49,700 nt of DNA, taken from NCBI GenBank assembly GCA_046729895.1, contig JBKPHP010000056.1, forward strand, positions 1 through 49,700, given 5' to 3'. The translations under genes were made by a program, and so were the position numbers. Source of the DNA: Actinomycetota bacterium (GTDB lineage: Bacteria; Actinomycetota; Thermoleophilia; Solirubrobacterales; Thermoleophilaceae). Each line of letters begins with the position of its first letter. Position 1 is the stretch's first letter. Below, in pieces: positions 24,002 to 33,389 of the stretch. The notes under the pieces were generated by a model. It saw nothing but the letters and a program-made list of their open reading frames with translations, had not been told where the DNA came from and searched no databases.

Positions 24002-24745
24002 TCAGCCCCCCCTGACCGAGACGAGCGTGTTGTACTCCTTGGCTCCCTTGACGGACACCTCGCGTACCGTGCCGATGCCGCGCACGTAGTACTTGTTGTC
24101 GACCACGTCCGGCTCCAGCGGGGTGGTCTCCTCCGTCCTCATCGCGTGGTGCGAGGAGAGGGCCGGGACGCGGACCGACGCGCTCAGGCTGAGGATCTTG
24201 AAACGGTCCTCGGCCTGGCCCTTGTAGTACTCCTGCCGGAACGACTGCCCGACTTTCGGATTCGCGGGCATGAAGATGCCGGCGATCGCGCCGTCGACGC
24301 CGGCCTGCCAGGAGCCCTCTCTCGTGGTCACGTGACCCTTGCCGTCGAGCTCCTTGGTGTCCTCGCCGAGGTACCAGACGTTGCCCCGCTTGTCCTGCGC
24401 GTACCAGTCGAAGGTGTCCTCCACCAGCCTGCCCTTGCCGTCGTAGAGGCTGTCGTGCACGACGGTTGCCGGCACGCCGAGGATCTTCTTGGTCTTGTGC
24501 GTGACCGCAAAGACGTCCACGGTCGGCTTCCCGTCCTTGACGCCGCGGTAGCGCAGGGTGGTGCCGGGCTTGAGCGGGAACCAGGGGTTGTCCACGGTGC
24601 GGCCGAAGTTCTCCGGCTTGATCTGGCTATTGCCGGATGGGCTCTTCGCGCTCGATCCCGATGAGTCGCCCCCCGAGCCGCAGGCACCGAATCCGAGCGG
24701 AAGCGCCGCCACGGCGATCGCCGCGGCGAGTCTTCTCTTGTTCAC
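24002..24745 (-). CDS. conserved hypothetical lipoprotein
   Basis: The GTG at 24745 follows GGAAGGGGG. Signal peptide with lipobox (AVAALPLGFGAC), then a Gly/Ser linker and a beta-rich body (DNPWFPLKPGTTLRY...WYLGEDT...). Confidence 0.8.
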   Translation of the reverse strand: MNKRRLAAAIAVAALPLGFGACGSGGDSSGSSAKSPSGNSQIKPENFGRTVDNPWFPLKPGTTLRYRGVKDGKPTVDVFAVTHKTKKILGVPATVVHDSLYDGKGRLVEDTFDWYAQDKRGNVWYLGEDTKELDGKGHVTTREGSWQAGVDGAIAGIFMPANPKVGQSFRQEYYKGQAEDRFKILSLSASVRVPALSSHHAMRTEETTPLEPDVVDNKYYVRGIGTVREVSVKGAKEYNTLVSVRGG

Positions 24746-24802
24746 GCTCGGCCCCCTTCCGGTTGAAGTGATCCCGAGACTGGCAGCAGCTCATGAGCGA
24801 GC

Positions 24803-24836
24803 GATGAGAGGTCTCGAACCGCATCGGGCTCTCATC
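24803..24836 (-). promoter_or_regulatory. inverted repeat GATGAGAG-N18-CTCTCATC between the kinase and lipoprotein genes
   Basis: 8-bp arms at 24803-24810 and 24829-24836. It lies 49 nt after the kinase stop and 58 nt before the lipoprotein start. Confidence 0.4.
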
Positions 24837-24884
24837 CCCGATTGGGCTCGTCCCGCTCGCCGTCGGGCTCCCGGCCTGCTCGGC

Positions 24885-26336
24885 CTACTCGCTCTCGGCC
24901 TGCGCGTCCGGCGCCGTAGCTGACGCCGTCCTCGGCGAGCGCGGCAGCGTGATCCAGACGTCCGCCCCGCGCGGGGGCCGGTTGCGTGCGGTGGCGGTGC
25001 CGCCGTGCGCGACGGCGATCGCGGCGACGATCGCGAGGCCCAGGCCGGCGCCGCCGCGCGAACGAGCCGGATCGGCACGCGTGAAGCGGTCGAAGGCGCT
25101 CGGTAGGAAGCGCTCCGGGAAGCCCTGCCCCTGATCCCGCACGTGGATCTCGACACCGCCATCCTGCTCGTGCCCCGCAAGCACGACCTCGCCCTCGCCG
25201 TGGCTCAGCGCGTTCTCGACGAGGTTGGCGAGCGCCTGCTCGAGCCTCAGCCGGTCGGCCCTCAGCCGCAGCTCGCCGTCGGGTGTGTGGGCCGAGGACT
25301 CGACCCGGATCTCGCGGCCAGCACCGGCCGCTCGGCGGGCGTGACGCTCGCGCGCGCCCTCGAGCACGTCGCCAACCGACAGCTCCTCCGTGCGAAGGGG
25401 CAGCCTGCCCTGATCGGAGCGGGCGAGCACCAGCAAATCCTCGGCCAGCTGCGTCAGGCGGTCGGTCTCCTCGGCGGCGGAGCGCAGCGCGGCTTCGAGC
25501 TCCTCCACGGTCCGGCCGCGCCGCAACGCGAGCTCGAGCTCGGTGCGAAGGATCGAGAGCGGCGTACGGAGCTCATGGCTCGCGTTGGAGACGAAGCTCC
25601 GCTCCCTCTCGAACGCCGCCTCGAGGCGCGCGAGCATCTCGTTCAGGGTCTCACCCAGCCGGCCGACCTCGTCCCGCGCGGGGGGGACGGGGAGTCGCCG
25701 GCCCGGCTCGCTTACCGACACCTCGCTCGCCTCCCGTCGCATCGACTCGACCGGCCGCAGGGCCGCCGCGGCCACGCCGTAGCCGGCCAGAGAAGCGAGC
25801 AGAAGCGCCACAGGGCCGCCGATGGCCAGGAGCACGAGCAGCCTGTGGAGCGCCTCGTTGCGATCGTCCAGCGGGGCGCCGACCACCGCCACCATGCGTC
25901 GGTCCCGCGCCCGAACCGGCGTCGCGAGCAGCCGCACGGGACTGTCCAGGCCGCGCACCCGCCGCCGCTCCACGAAGACCGTGTGCCGGAGCGCCCTGCG
26001 CAGCTCAGAGGTGGTGATCAGCGGGAACGAGCGGTAGCGCGGCGTGCCGTCGAGGACCTCGCCCCGCGCCGACAGCACCTGGGCCAGGTTCTCACCGCGC
26101 TCGGTCAGTGGACTGCGGCCGGCCTGGGTGAGTCCCTCATCCGCCTGATGGACCAGCGCTGCCACGTCGCCGCCGCGGGAGCGCAGCCCCGAGTCGACCG
26201 TGTTCTCGAGCTCGCTCTTCATCCGCAGGTAGACGAAGGCGCCGGTGGCGGCCAGCACTAGCGCCATGGCCGTCGCGAAGGCGAGCGTGAGCCGCGCCCG
26301 AATCGGGAGTCGCCGAAGCGCCTGCACGAGCCCCAT
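24885..26336 (-). CDS. sensor histidine kinase (CusS-like architecture: two TM helices, HAMP, HisKA, HATPase_c)
   Basis: N-terminal RARLTLAFATAMALVLAATGAFVYL, H-box SNASHELRTPLSIL, N-box LVENALSH, and the G-boxes DQGQGF and GGAGLGLAIV. Confidence 0.9.
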   Translation of the reverse strand: MGLVQALRRLPIRARLTLAFATAMALVLAATGAFVYLRMKSELENTVDSGLRSRGGDVAALVHQADEGLTQAGRSPLTERGENLAQVLSARGEVLDGTPRYRSFPLITTSELRRALRHTVFVERRRVRGLDSPVRLLATPVRARDRRMVAVVGAPLDDRNEALHRLLVLLAIGGPVALLLASLAGYGVAAAALRPVESMRREASEVSVSEPGRRLPVPPARDEVGRLGETLNEMLARLEAAFERERSFVSNASHELRTPLSILRTELELALRRGRTVEELEAALRSAAEETDRLTQLAEDLLVLARSDQGRLPLRTEELSVGDVLEGARERHARRAAGAGREIRVESSAHTPDGELRLRADRLRLEQALANLVENALSHGEGEVVLAGHEQDGGVEIHVRDQGQGFPERFLPSAFDRFTRADPARSRGGAGLGLAIVAAIAVAHGGTATARNRPPRGADVWITLPRSPRTASATAPDAQAESE

Positions 26337-26347
26337 GATCCTCCCGC

Positions 26348-26372
26348 GCTCTCATGAAGCGCGGATGAGAGC
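26348..26372 (-). terminator. hairpin GCTCTCAT-N9-ATGAGAGC between the permease stop and the kinase start
   Basis: 8-bp arms at 26348-26355 and 26365-26372. It shares the CTCTCAT/ATGAGAG core with the repeat at 24803-24836. It ends 11 nt before the kinase ATG region (SD GGGAGGA). Confidence 0.45.
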
Positions 26373-26377
26373 CAGTG

Positions 26378-27598
26378 TCAGACCCGGCCGGTGGCCGCAC
26401 GCTGCTTGCGCGCGATCGCGTCGATGACCACTGCGGCCAGCAGCACCGCCCCCGTAACGATGAACTTCACAGACGACTCGAACGCGAGCAGGTCCATGCC
26501 GTTCGAGATCGAGCCGATCACGAGGGCGCCGAGCAGGGCAGTCCAGACGCTGCCGCGACCGCCGAAGAGACTCGTCCCCGCGACGACAGGACCCGCGATC
26601 GCAAGCAGCAGCAGGTCGCTGGCGCCCGACGACTGGTTGACGGCGAGCAGGCGTGACGCGGCCATGATCCCGCCGATCGCAGCCATGGTGGACGCGAGCA
26701 TGAAGACCACGATGCGGATCCTCCGAATAGAGATGCCCGCGCGTCTAGCCGCCTCCGCGTTGCCGCCCACCGCATAGATGTGGCGGCCGAAGCGGGTCCG
26801 GGTGGTCACGTACTGGAACAACAGCACGAAGCCGATCAGGATCAGGCCGGCGAGCGGCACGCCGCGGTCGGAGTTCAGCACCGCCACGGCGGCGATCACT
26901 GCGGCCGCGACGAGCACGATGCGAACCAAGAGCGCCGGGAGCGGCGCCGTCGACAGGCCGCTGCGCGCACGGCGCTGCCTGCGCCAGAGACTCGCTACAG
27001 CAAACGCAGCTATGCCCACTATGGCAATGATCCACCCGACCGCGTCGCTGTAGAAGGTGCCCGTCAGGCCGACGATCTTGGAGTCGGTGATGTTCACGGT
27101 GCCCGTCTCGCCGAGCACCTTGAGCAGGAATCCCTGCCAGGCGAGAAGCCCGGCGAGCGTGACCACGAACGACGGGATCCCGAAGTACTCGAACATGAAC
27201 CCCTGGAACAAACCGATCCCGGTCCCGGCCAGCACGCCGACTGCGATCGCCAGGTAGGGGTTCCAGCCGTGCTTGACGTTGAGGACGGCCATGATCGCTG
27301 CGCACAAGCCGCTGACCGCCCCGACCGACAGGTCGATCTCGCCGAGTAGCAGGACGAGCACCACGCCAACCGATATGAGCCCCACCGCCGCGATCTGGAG
27401 GACGAGGTTCGTCAGGTTGGTAGCGGTGAGGAAGCGGTCCTCCTGGAGCTGGAAGATCGCCCAGATCAGGGCGATCACGATGATCACCCGCACCTCGCCG
27501 AGGTCCCCCTGGAGGAAGCGCCGCAGTAGAACGCGCGGCGTGGGAACCTCGACCGCCTCGGCGGCCGGCGGGGCTGCGGCGCCCGGCGTGGTAGTCAT
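26378..27598 (-). CDS. sugar ABC transporter permease (XylH/RbsC-type)
   Basis: 406 aa, polytopic. It carries the conserved GEIDLSVGAV and RFGRHIYAVGGN motifs of the ribose/xylose permease family. Confidence 0.9.
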   Translation of the reverse strand: MTTTPGAAAPPAAEAVEVPTPRVLLRRFLQGDLGEVRVIIVIALIWAIFQLQEDRFLTATNLTNLVLQIAAVGLISVGVVLVLLLGEIDLSVGAVSGLCAAIMAVLNVKHGWNPYLAIAVGVLAGTGIGLFQGFMFEYFGIPSFVVTLAGLLAWQGFLLKVLGETGTVNITDSKIVGLTGTFYSDAVGWIIAIVGIAAFAVASLWRRQRRARSGLSTAPLPALLVRIVLVAAAVIAAVAVLNSDRGVPLAGLILIGFVLLFQYVTTRTRFGRHIYAVGGNAEAARRAGISIRRIRIVVFMLASTMAAIGGIMAASRLLAVNQSSGASDLLLLAIAGPVVAGTSLFGGRGSVWTALLGALVIGSISNGMDLLAFESSVKFIVTGAVLLAAVVIDAIARKQRAATGRV

Positions 27599-28389
27599 CG
27601 CTCACCTCCCGCTTCGTCCCCGTCTCCTCTGCCGGCTCCGACCGCTCCCGTGATCGCGGCCACTACGTCCTCCTGGGAGACCTGGTCGGCGTCGAAGTCG
27701 CCGGCCTTCTTGCCGAGCCGGAGCACGAAGACACGGTCGGCCACGGCGAACACGTCCGCCAGGTTGTGGCTGATCACCACCACTCCATGGCCCTGATCAC
27801 GCAGACGCTTGATCAGCTCGAGCACCAATGCGGTCTGTCGCACGCCGAGCGCCGCGGTCGGCTCGTCGAGGATCACGACCTTGGGCTCGCCCAGCAGCGA
27901 GCGCGCGATCGCCACCTGCTGGCGTTGGCCGCCCGACATCGTGCCGACCTCGGCACGAACGTCGGTGATGGTCACGGCGAGGTTGCTCAGGAGCTCATGC
28001 GAGCGCTGCTCCATCTCGATCTCGTCCAGCGAGCGCAGCAACTCTCCAGCGCCTGAGGCGAGCTCCTCACGACCGAGGAAGAGGTTCTCGACCACATCAA
28101 GGTTGTCGCACAAGGCGAGGTCCTGATACACGGTTGCGATCCCGAGATCGGTTGCGTCGTGGGGTCCCGAGATCGTCACTGGGCTGCCCTCGAACAGGAT
28201 CCGTCCGGAGTCCGCCGGGTGGATCCCGGCTATTACCTTGACGAGGGTCGATTTCCCGGCGCCGTTGTCACCCACTAGCGCGACCACCTCCCCGGATCGC
28301 ACGCCGAAGTCGACCCCGTCGAGGGCCTGCACCGGGCCGAAGCTCTTGCTCACCCCCTCGAGGGCGAGGACCTCACCGTCCGTACTCAT
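27595..28389 (-). CDS. sugar ABC transporter ATP-binding protein (single nucleotide-binding domain)
   Basis: Walker A GDNGAGKST, signature MSGGQRQ, Walker B VVILDEPT. GAGGAG lies 8 nt upstream. 4-bp overlap with the permease gene. Confidence 0.9.
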   Translation of the reverse strand: MSTDGEVLALEGVSKSFGPVQALDGVDFGVRSGEVVALVGDNGAGKSTLVKVIAGIHPADSGRILFEGSPVTISGPHDATDLGIATVYQDLALCDNLDVVENLFLGREELASGAGELLRSLDEIEMEQRSHELLSNLAVTITDVRAEVGTMSGGQRQQVAIARSLLGEPKVVILDEPTAALGVRQTALVLELIKRLRDQGHGVVVISHNLADVFAVADRVFVLRLGKKAGDFDADQVSQEDVVAAITGAVGAGRGDGDEAGGER

Positions 28390-28419
28390 CGATCGAGCTC
28401 CTCTCTTTTCCTCGGCGTC

Positions 28420-28446
28420 GGCCGGCGGCGCGCCGCGCCGCCGGCC
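28420..28446 (-). terminator. intercistronic GC hairpin after the binding-protein gene
   Basis: ggccggcggcgcg-c-cgcgccgccggcc has 13-nt complementary arms. It lies 16 nt after the binding-protein stop and before the ATPase SD. Confidence 0.5.
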
Positions 28447-28461
28447 TTCGCCTCTGCTCCT

Positions 28462-29559
28462 CTATTGGATGCCAGCATCCTTGCACCCGGAGGCGTACCT
28501 GCCGGTGCAGATCTGCGAGGCCTTCAAGAATCCGTCCTTGACGATGGTGTCGTTGATGTTCTCCTTGGTCACCGCGGTGGGCGGCAGGATCACCGACGGC
28601 ACCTTCTTCTTTCCGTTGTCGAGCTGCTGGTTGACGAGGCCGCTCGGCACCTTGTCGCCCTTCGCCAATGCCACGGCGATGTCGGCCGCCTTTGGCGCCT
28701 CGCTGACGCCGACGTCCTTGTAGACGGTCATGTACTGCTCGCCCACGACGATCCGTTGGACGGCGGCCAGCTCGGCGTCCTGGCCGGTGGTCGGCTTCGT
28801 CTTGGGGTCGACGCCGGCGCCCTTCATCGCTGCGATGGCGCCGCCGGCGGTGCCGTCGTTGGCGGCGTAGACGCCGACAAAGCCGTTCTTGCCGAGCGAG
28901 GTGATCGCCTGGTCCATTTCCGTCTGGGCCTTGTCGGGGCTCCAGTCCGGAGTGTCGAACTGCTTGGCGATCTTCACGCCCGCCGCCTGGAATTTGCTGG
29001 TGGCGCCCTGCTTGAACAGCTTGGCGTTGTTGTCGGTGGGGGCCCCATTGATCATCGGAATCGGCCCCTTGGCCTTGCCCATCTCCTTGAGCTTCTTGCT
29101 CAGCGTCTCCCCCTGCAGCTCGCCGACGCGGACGTTGTCGTAGGAGATGTAGTAGTCGATGTCCGCATTCGTGATCAGGCGGTCGTACGAGATCACCGGC
29201 ACGTTCTTCTGCTTGGCCTTGGTGACGATCGCGCCCGCGGAGGCCGCATCGACGGCGTCGAGGACCATGACCTTGACGCCCTTCGTGAGCGCCGCTTCGG
29301 CCTGCTGCTGCTGCTTGGCGGGATCCTGTTCGGCGTTCGAGTAGATGATGTCGCAGTTGGAGCAGAGCTTCTTGACCCTAGCCTCGAAGCGGGGCCGGTC
29401 CGCGGACTCGTAGCGCGCGGTCTTGGACTCGGGCAGCAGCAGCGCTATCGAGCCGCCACCTCCGCCGCCTCCGTTGTCGCCGCCGCAAGCCGCCAGCAGA
29501 GAGCCGGCGCCAACTACGGCTACGGAGACGAGAAGACTCATCCAGCGTCTGTCGAGCAT
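28462..29559 (-). CDS. sugar ABC transporter substrate-binding lipoprotein (XylF-like)
   Basis: The ATG at 29559 follows GGAGGAGG. Lipobox LLAACGG. The periplasmic-binding fold is indicated by SIALLLPESKTARYE...VISYDRLI...YISYDNVRVGE. Confidence 0.9.
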   Translation of the reverse strand: MLDRRWMSLLVSVAVVGAGSLLAACGGDNGGGGGGGSIALLLPESKTARYESADRPRFEARVKKLCSNCDIIYSNAEQDPAKQQQQAEAALTKGVKVMVLDAVDAASAGAIVTKAKQKNVPVISYDRLITNADIDYYISYDNVRVGELQGETLSKKLKEMGKAKGPIPMINGAPTDNNAKLFKQGATSKFQAAGVKIAKQFDTPDWSPDKAQTEMDQAITSLGKNGFVGVYAANDGTAGGAIAAMKGAGVDPKTKPTTGQDAELAAVQRIVVGEQYMTVYKDVGVSEAPKAADIAVALAKGDKVPSGLVNQQLDNGKKKVPSVILPPTAVTKENINDTIVKDGFLKASQICTGRYASGCKDAGIQ

Positions 29560-29607
29560 TAAGTTCCTCCTCCCGGTCTTACGACCGATCATCACGTCCT
29601 GTCCGGA

Positions 29608-30633
29608 TTATCCTCCTCCGAGTCCGCGCTCGACGATCTCGAGCACCGACACTCCGTCCGCGGCGCTCACCGGCGGCGTCGAGCCGTCCTTCAGCGCGCC
29701 GACGACGCCGCGGTAGAAGGCAGGCCAGTCGCCCGCCTCCGTCTCCACCGCCGCCGCTTGCTCGCCCGCGCCCACCGTACCCCAGGCCTCGGGGGGCTCG
29801 CGGCCCCAGGCGGGTCCACCCGGTAGCTCGCCGGCGCGCAGCGCCGCCTCCTGGACGTCGAGCCCCCACTTCACGTAAGCGGCGTCGCTTCCCAGAACAC
29901 GCATCCTCGGAGCCGGCTGCGCAGCCACCTGGCTTGCCCACAGATGCGAGCGTACTCCTGAGCTGTGTGTAAGTGCAACGAAGGCGTCGTCGTCTACCAG
30001 CGTGCCCGGCCTGCGGCGGTCGACTTCCGAGTTCATCGCCTCCACCGGACCGAACAGCACGAGCGCCTGGTCGATGAGGTGCGAGCCGAGGTCGAAAAGC
30101 ACTCCACCCGCCTCCTCCGGCGCGTCCAGCTCCCGCCACGCGCCCCTGCGCAGCTCAGGCCGCCAGCGCTCGAAGCGGGACTCGAAGCGGTGAACCTCGC
30201 CAAGAGCGCCTTCCTCGATAAGGCGGCGCAGCGTCAGGAAGTCGCCGTCCCAGCGACGGTTGTGGAATACGGCGAGCATCAGCGAGCGCGCTTCCGCTGC
30301 CTCCTGTAGCCGGCGACCATCGGCGACGGTCGCCGCCAGCGGCTTGTCGACGACCACTGGCAGACTGGCTTCGAGCGCCCCCATGGCGATCGAGGCGTGC
30401 ACGCGGTTGGGCGCGGCGACCACCACTAGGTCGTGATCCTCGGACCGGTTCCACAGCGTCTCGACGTCGGGCAGGACCTGAACGCCGGGGTGGCGGCCGC
30501 GTGCACGTTCCGCCCGCTCGGCACTCGACGTGACGACGGAGAAGAGTTCCAGTCCCTCCGTGGCGGCGATCAGCGGCGCGTGGAACCACTCGCCCGCCAA
30601 GCCGTAGCCGACCAAGCCCACCCGGTACGCCAC
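29608..30633 (-). CDS. Gfo/Idh/MocA-family NAD(P)-dependent oxidoreductase
   Basis: N-terminal Rossmann motif VGLVGYGLAG and the EKP-like motif VVVDKPLA. GTG start at 30633. Confidence 0.9.
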   Translation of the reverse strand: MAYRVGLVGYGLAGEWFHAPLIAATEGLELFSVVTSSAERAERARGRHPGVQVLPDVETLWNRSEDHDLVVVAAPNRVHASIAMGALEASLPVVVDKPLAATVADGRRLQEAAEARSLMLAVFHNRRWDGDFLTLRRLIEEGALGEVHRFESRFERWRPELRRGAWRELDAPEEAGGVLFDLGSHLIDQALVLFGPVEAMNSEVDRRRPGTLVDDDAFVALTHSSGVRSHLWASQVAAQPAPRMRVLGSDAAYVKWGLDVQEAALRAGELPGGPAWGREPPEAWGTVGAGEQAAAVETEAGDWPAFYRGVVGALKDGSTPPVSAADGVSVLEIVERGLGGG

Positions 30634-30662
30634 GGCCCCAGACTATTCGTCAGAGTGGCGCG

Positions 30663-31322
30663 GTGGCCGATGCGGTGATCTTCGACCTCGACGGCCTGCT
30701 GCTCGAGTCCGAGCAGGTGTGGAACGCCGCCAAGCGCCAGCTTACGGAGGAGCGCGGGGGGCATTGGCGGCCTGAGGCCGAGCGCGCGATGCTCGGGATG
30801 AGCTCCCAGGAGTGGTCGCGCTACATGCACGAGGAGCTCGGCGTTCCGCTCGAGCCCGCGGAGATCTCGGCGGAGGTCGTGAGGCTCCTCGCCGAGTGGT
30901 ACGAACGCGAGCTGCCGTTGCTGCCGGGCGCCGACGAGGCAGTCCGCCGCATCGGAGAGCGCTGGCCGCTGGGCTTGGCGTCGTCGTCGAATCGGGAGAT
31001 CATCGACCTTGTGCTCGAGCGCACGGGCTGGGCCGAGCTGTTCGGAGTCACGGTCTCGTCCGAGGAGGTCGAACGCGGTAAGCCCGCGCCCGACGTCTAC
31101 CTGGCGGCGGCGCAGCGACTTGGGGCGCCGCCCGAGCGGTGCGTGGCGGTGGAGGATTCGAGCGCCGGCATTCGCGCGGCCCGGGCCGCCGGCATGGCGC
31201 TGGTCGCCATACCCAACCGCGCCTATCCGCCCCCGCCGGAGGTTGTGAACGAGGCCAGCGTGGTACTCGACTCGTTGCATGAGCTGGACAGCGATGTAAT
31301 CGAGACAGGAGGACCCAAGTGA
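30663..31322 (+). CDS. HAD-superfamily hydrolase (beta-phosphoglucomutase / sugar-phosphatase-like)
   Basis: Motif I VIFDLDGLLLESE, motif II LASSS, motif III/IV GKPAPDVY...VEDSSAGIRAARAAGM. Confidence 0.9.
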   Translation: MADAVIFDLDGLLLESEQVWNAAKRQLTEERGGHWRPEAERAMLGMSSQEWSRYMHEELGVPLEPAEISAEVVRLLAEWYERELPLLPGADEAVRRIGERWPLGLASSSNREIIDLVLERTGWAELFGVTVSSEEVERGKPAPDVYLAAAQRLGAPPERCVAVEDSSAGIRAARAAGMALVAIPNRAYPPPPEVVNEASVVLDSLHELDSDVIETGGPK

Positions 31323-32026
31323 GTGAGCTCGAGGGAAAGGTCGCGCTCGTGACCGGAGCGAGCGGCGGCATCGGCGCGTCGGTGGCGGGGAGCCTGCACG
31401 ATGCGGGAGCACGCGTGGGGCTCCTCTCGCGGCGCGGGGACGACCTGGGCCTGGACGGCGCCCTTGGTGTCTCCTGCGACGTCAGCGACCGCGATGCGGT
31501 GGAACGCGCCACAGCGGCGGTGGTCGAGGCTTTCGGGCGGCTCGACATAGCCGTAGCCAACGCCGGCGTAGGCGCCTACGGCCCGTTCCTGGAGCTCGAT
31601 CCCGAGCAGCTCGAGGCGATGATCGACGTGAACCTCAAGGGCACCCTGTACACGGCCGCCGCGACCCTGCCGCACCTGATCGCCTCCGGCGAGGGAGACT
31701 TCGTCTCGCTCGCGAGCGTCGCCGGCGTTCGGGCCTTTCCCGGGGAGGCCGTCTACAACGCCTCGAAGTTCGGCCAGGTGGGCTTCACGCGGGCGCTCGA
31801 CCACGAGTTGCGAGAGCAGGGCGTGCGGTCGACCTGCATCTGCCCCGGGGGCGTCCGCACCGACTTCGCCATCGGGAGCGGCCGCGAGGAGGGCGACCCC
31901 GAGCTCGAGGCGATGCTGACTCCCGACGAGGTAGCCGACGTCGTCCTCTTCGCCCTCACACGCCCACGGGGGATGCGAATCCTCACGACGACCTTCCGGC
32001 CGATCAGCGAGGCTTCCTGGGGCTAG
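31319..32026 (+). CDS. short-chain dehydrogenase/reductase (SDR)
   Basis: [11 protein letters not shown] and YNASK motifs. The GTG start overlaps the HAD stop and follows AGGAGGA. Confidence 0.9.
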   Translation: MSELEGKVALVTGASGGIGASVAGSLHDAGARVGLLSRRGDDLGLDGALGVSCDVSDRDAVERATAAVVEAFGRLDIAVANAGVGAYGPFLELDPEQLEAMIDVNLKGTLYTAAATLPHLIASGEGDFVSLASVAGVRAFPGEAVYNASKFGQVGFTRALDHELREQGVRSTCICPGGVRTDFAIGSGREEGDPELEAMLTPDEVADVVLFALTRPRGMRILTTTFRPISEASWG

Positions 32027-32853
32027 CCCTCCCCGGGCTCGAGCCTGGCGGGCCCCGTGTCCTTCTCGTCCTCGCCCGCCTGCTCCCCGTCCGCGGCTCC
32101 CCCCGTGTCCAGCAGGGGCCGGAGGAGGTCCAGCGGAAGCGGGAAGACGATCGTGGAAGCCTCGTTCGAGCTTATGTCGGACAGCGCCTGCAGGTAGCGA
32201 AGCTGGATCGTGATCGGGTTGGGGCTGATCACGTCGGCGGCCTCCGCCAGCCTGGCCGCGGCCTGGAACTCGCCCTCCGAGTTGATCACCTTGGCGCGGC
32301 GGTTGCGCTCGGCCTCGGCCTGGCGTGCCAGGGCGTGCTGCATCCGATCGGGGATCTCGACGTCCTTGATCTCGACGATCGTGACCTTGATCCCCCACGG
32401 CTCGGTCTGTTCGTCGATGATGTGCTGAAGGCTCTCGTTGAGCCGCTCGCGCTCTGAAAGCAGCGTGTCGAGGTCCGCCTTTCCGAGCACCGAGCGCAGG
32501 GTGGTCTGGGCGATCTGGAGCGTCGCCGCCATGAAGTCCTCGACCTCGAGCACCGAGTTCTTCGGATCGATGACGCGGAAGTAGGCGACGGCCGCGACTC
32601 GCACCGGCACGTTGTCGCGCGTAATGACCTCCTGGGGCGGGATGCGGAGCGTCACCGTGCGCAGGCTCACTCGGACCATGCGGTCCACGATCGGCACAAG
32701 CAGCACGAGGCCCGGGCCCTTTTGGTCGATCACCCGTCCGAGGCGGAAGACCACCCCACGCTCGTACTCGCGCAGAATCCGGACCGATGCCCCGGCCAGC
32801 ACCAACGCGGTGCAGGCCACCACCGCCAGGACGACGAGCACGGCGATCAGCAT
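32023..32853 (-). CDS. SPFH/band-7 (stomatin-like) protein
   Basis: The ATG at 32853 follows GGGAGGAG. One TM helix, then [13 protein letters not shown]...[11 protein letters not shown]...[10 protein letters not shown]...[11 protein letters not shown]. Confidence 0.9.
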   Translation of the reverse strand: MLIAVLVVLAVVACTALVLAGASVRILREYERGVVFRLGRVIDQKGPGLVLLVPIVDRMVRVSLRTVTLRIPPQEVITRDNVPVRVAAVAYFRVIDPKNSVLEVEDFMAATLQIAQTTLRSVLGKADLDTLLSERERLNESLQHIIDEQTEPWGIKVTIVEIKDVEIPDRMQHALARQAEAERNRRAKVINSEGEFQAAARLAEAADVISPNPITIQLRYLQALSDISSNEASTIVFPLPLDLLRPLLDTGGAADGEQAGEDEKDTGPARLEPGEG

Positions 32854-33314
32854 GGCTCCTCCCAGTCCTCGGCTTTCCGCACGGCGAGCGTCAGCCCGCT
32901 CACGCGCTCCACCACCACGGAGTCTCCCTCCCCGAGCTCTTCGCCGTCGCCGGCCCAGCTGTGGCGTGCGCGCCACAGCGCCCCGTCGACGAACACCTGC
33001 CCGCCCTCGCCGGCCCAGCTCCGGACCACACCCATTCGGCCGCTCAGCGCCTCCCGGCCCGAGGAGGCGCGTAGTGCCCTGGTGGCGAGCGCCTTCCGCG
33101 TGGCCACGGCGACCCAGACGCCGGCCACGGCGAGGGCGGCCAGCCCCGCGGACAGGACGATGGCCAGCCCGCCCCCGGCGCCAGCGATAGCGAGCGCCGC
33201 GCCGCCGGCCAGCGAGATTCCGCCAGCCGCCCCAAGAACGCCGTAGGGCGCGTGGGCCTCTGCCACCAGCAGGGCGGCCCCGACGAGCAGCAGCGCTACG
33301 CCGACCACGACCAT
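32847..33314 (-). CDS. NfeD-family membrane protein (stomatin partner)
   Basis: 155 aa. Hydrophobic N-terminal helices and a C-terminal OB-like segment ([27 protein letters not shown]...[16 protein letters not shown]). It overlaps the SPFH start by 7 nt. Confidence 0.85.
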   Translation of the reverse strand: MVVVGVALLLVGAALLVAEAHAPYGVLGAAGGISLAGGAALAIAGAGGGLAIVLSAGLAALAVAGVWVAVATRKALATRALRASSGREALSGRMGVVRSWAGEGGQVFVDGALWRARHSWAGDGEELGEGDSVVVERVSGLTLAVRKAEDWEEPC

Positions 33315-33389
33315 CTCTTCTCTACGTCGATGTTACGCCTCCATGGCTCCCCGCTGCCCTGAGTTCACCTAGTGGACGAACGGGCGGCG

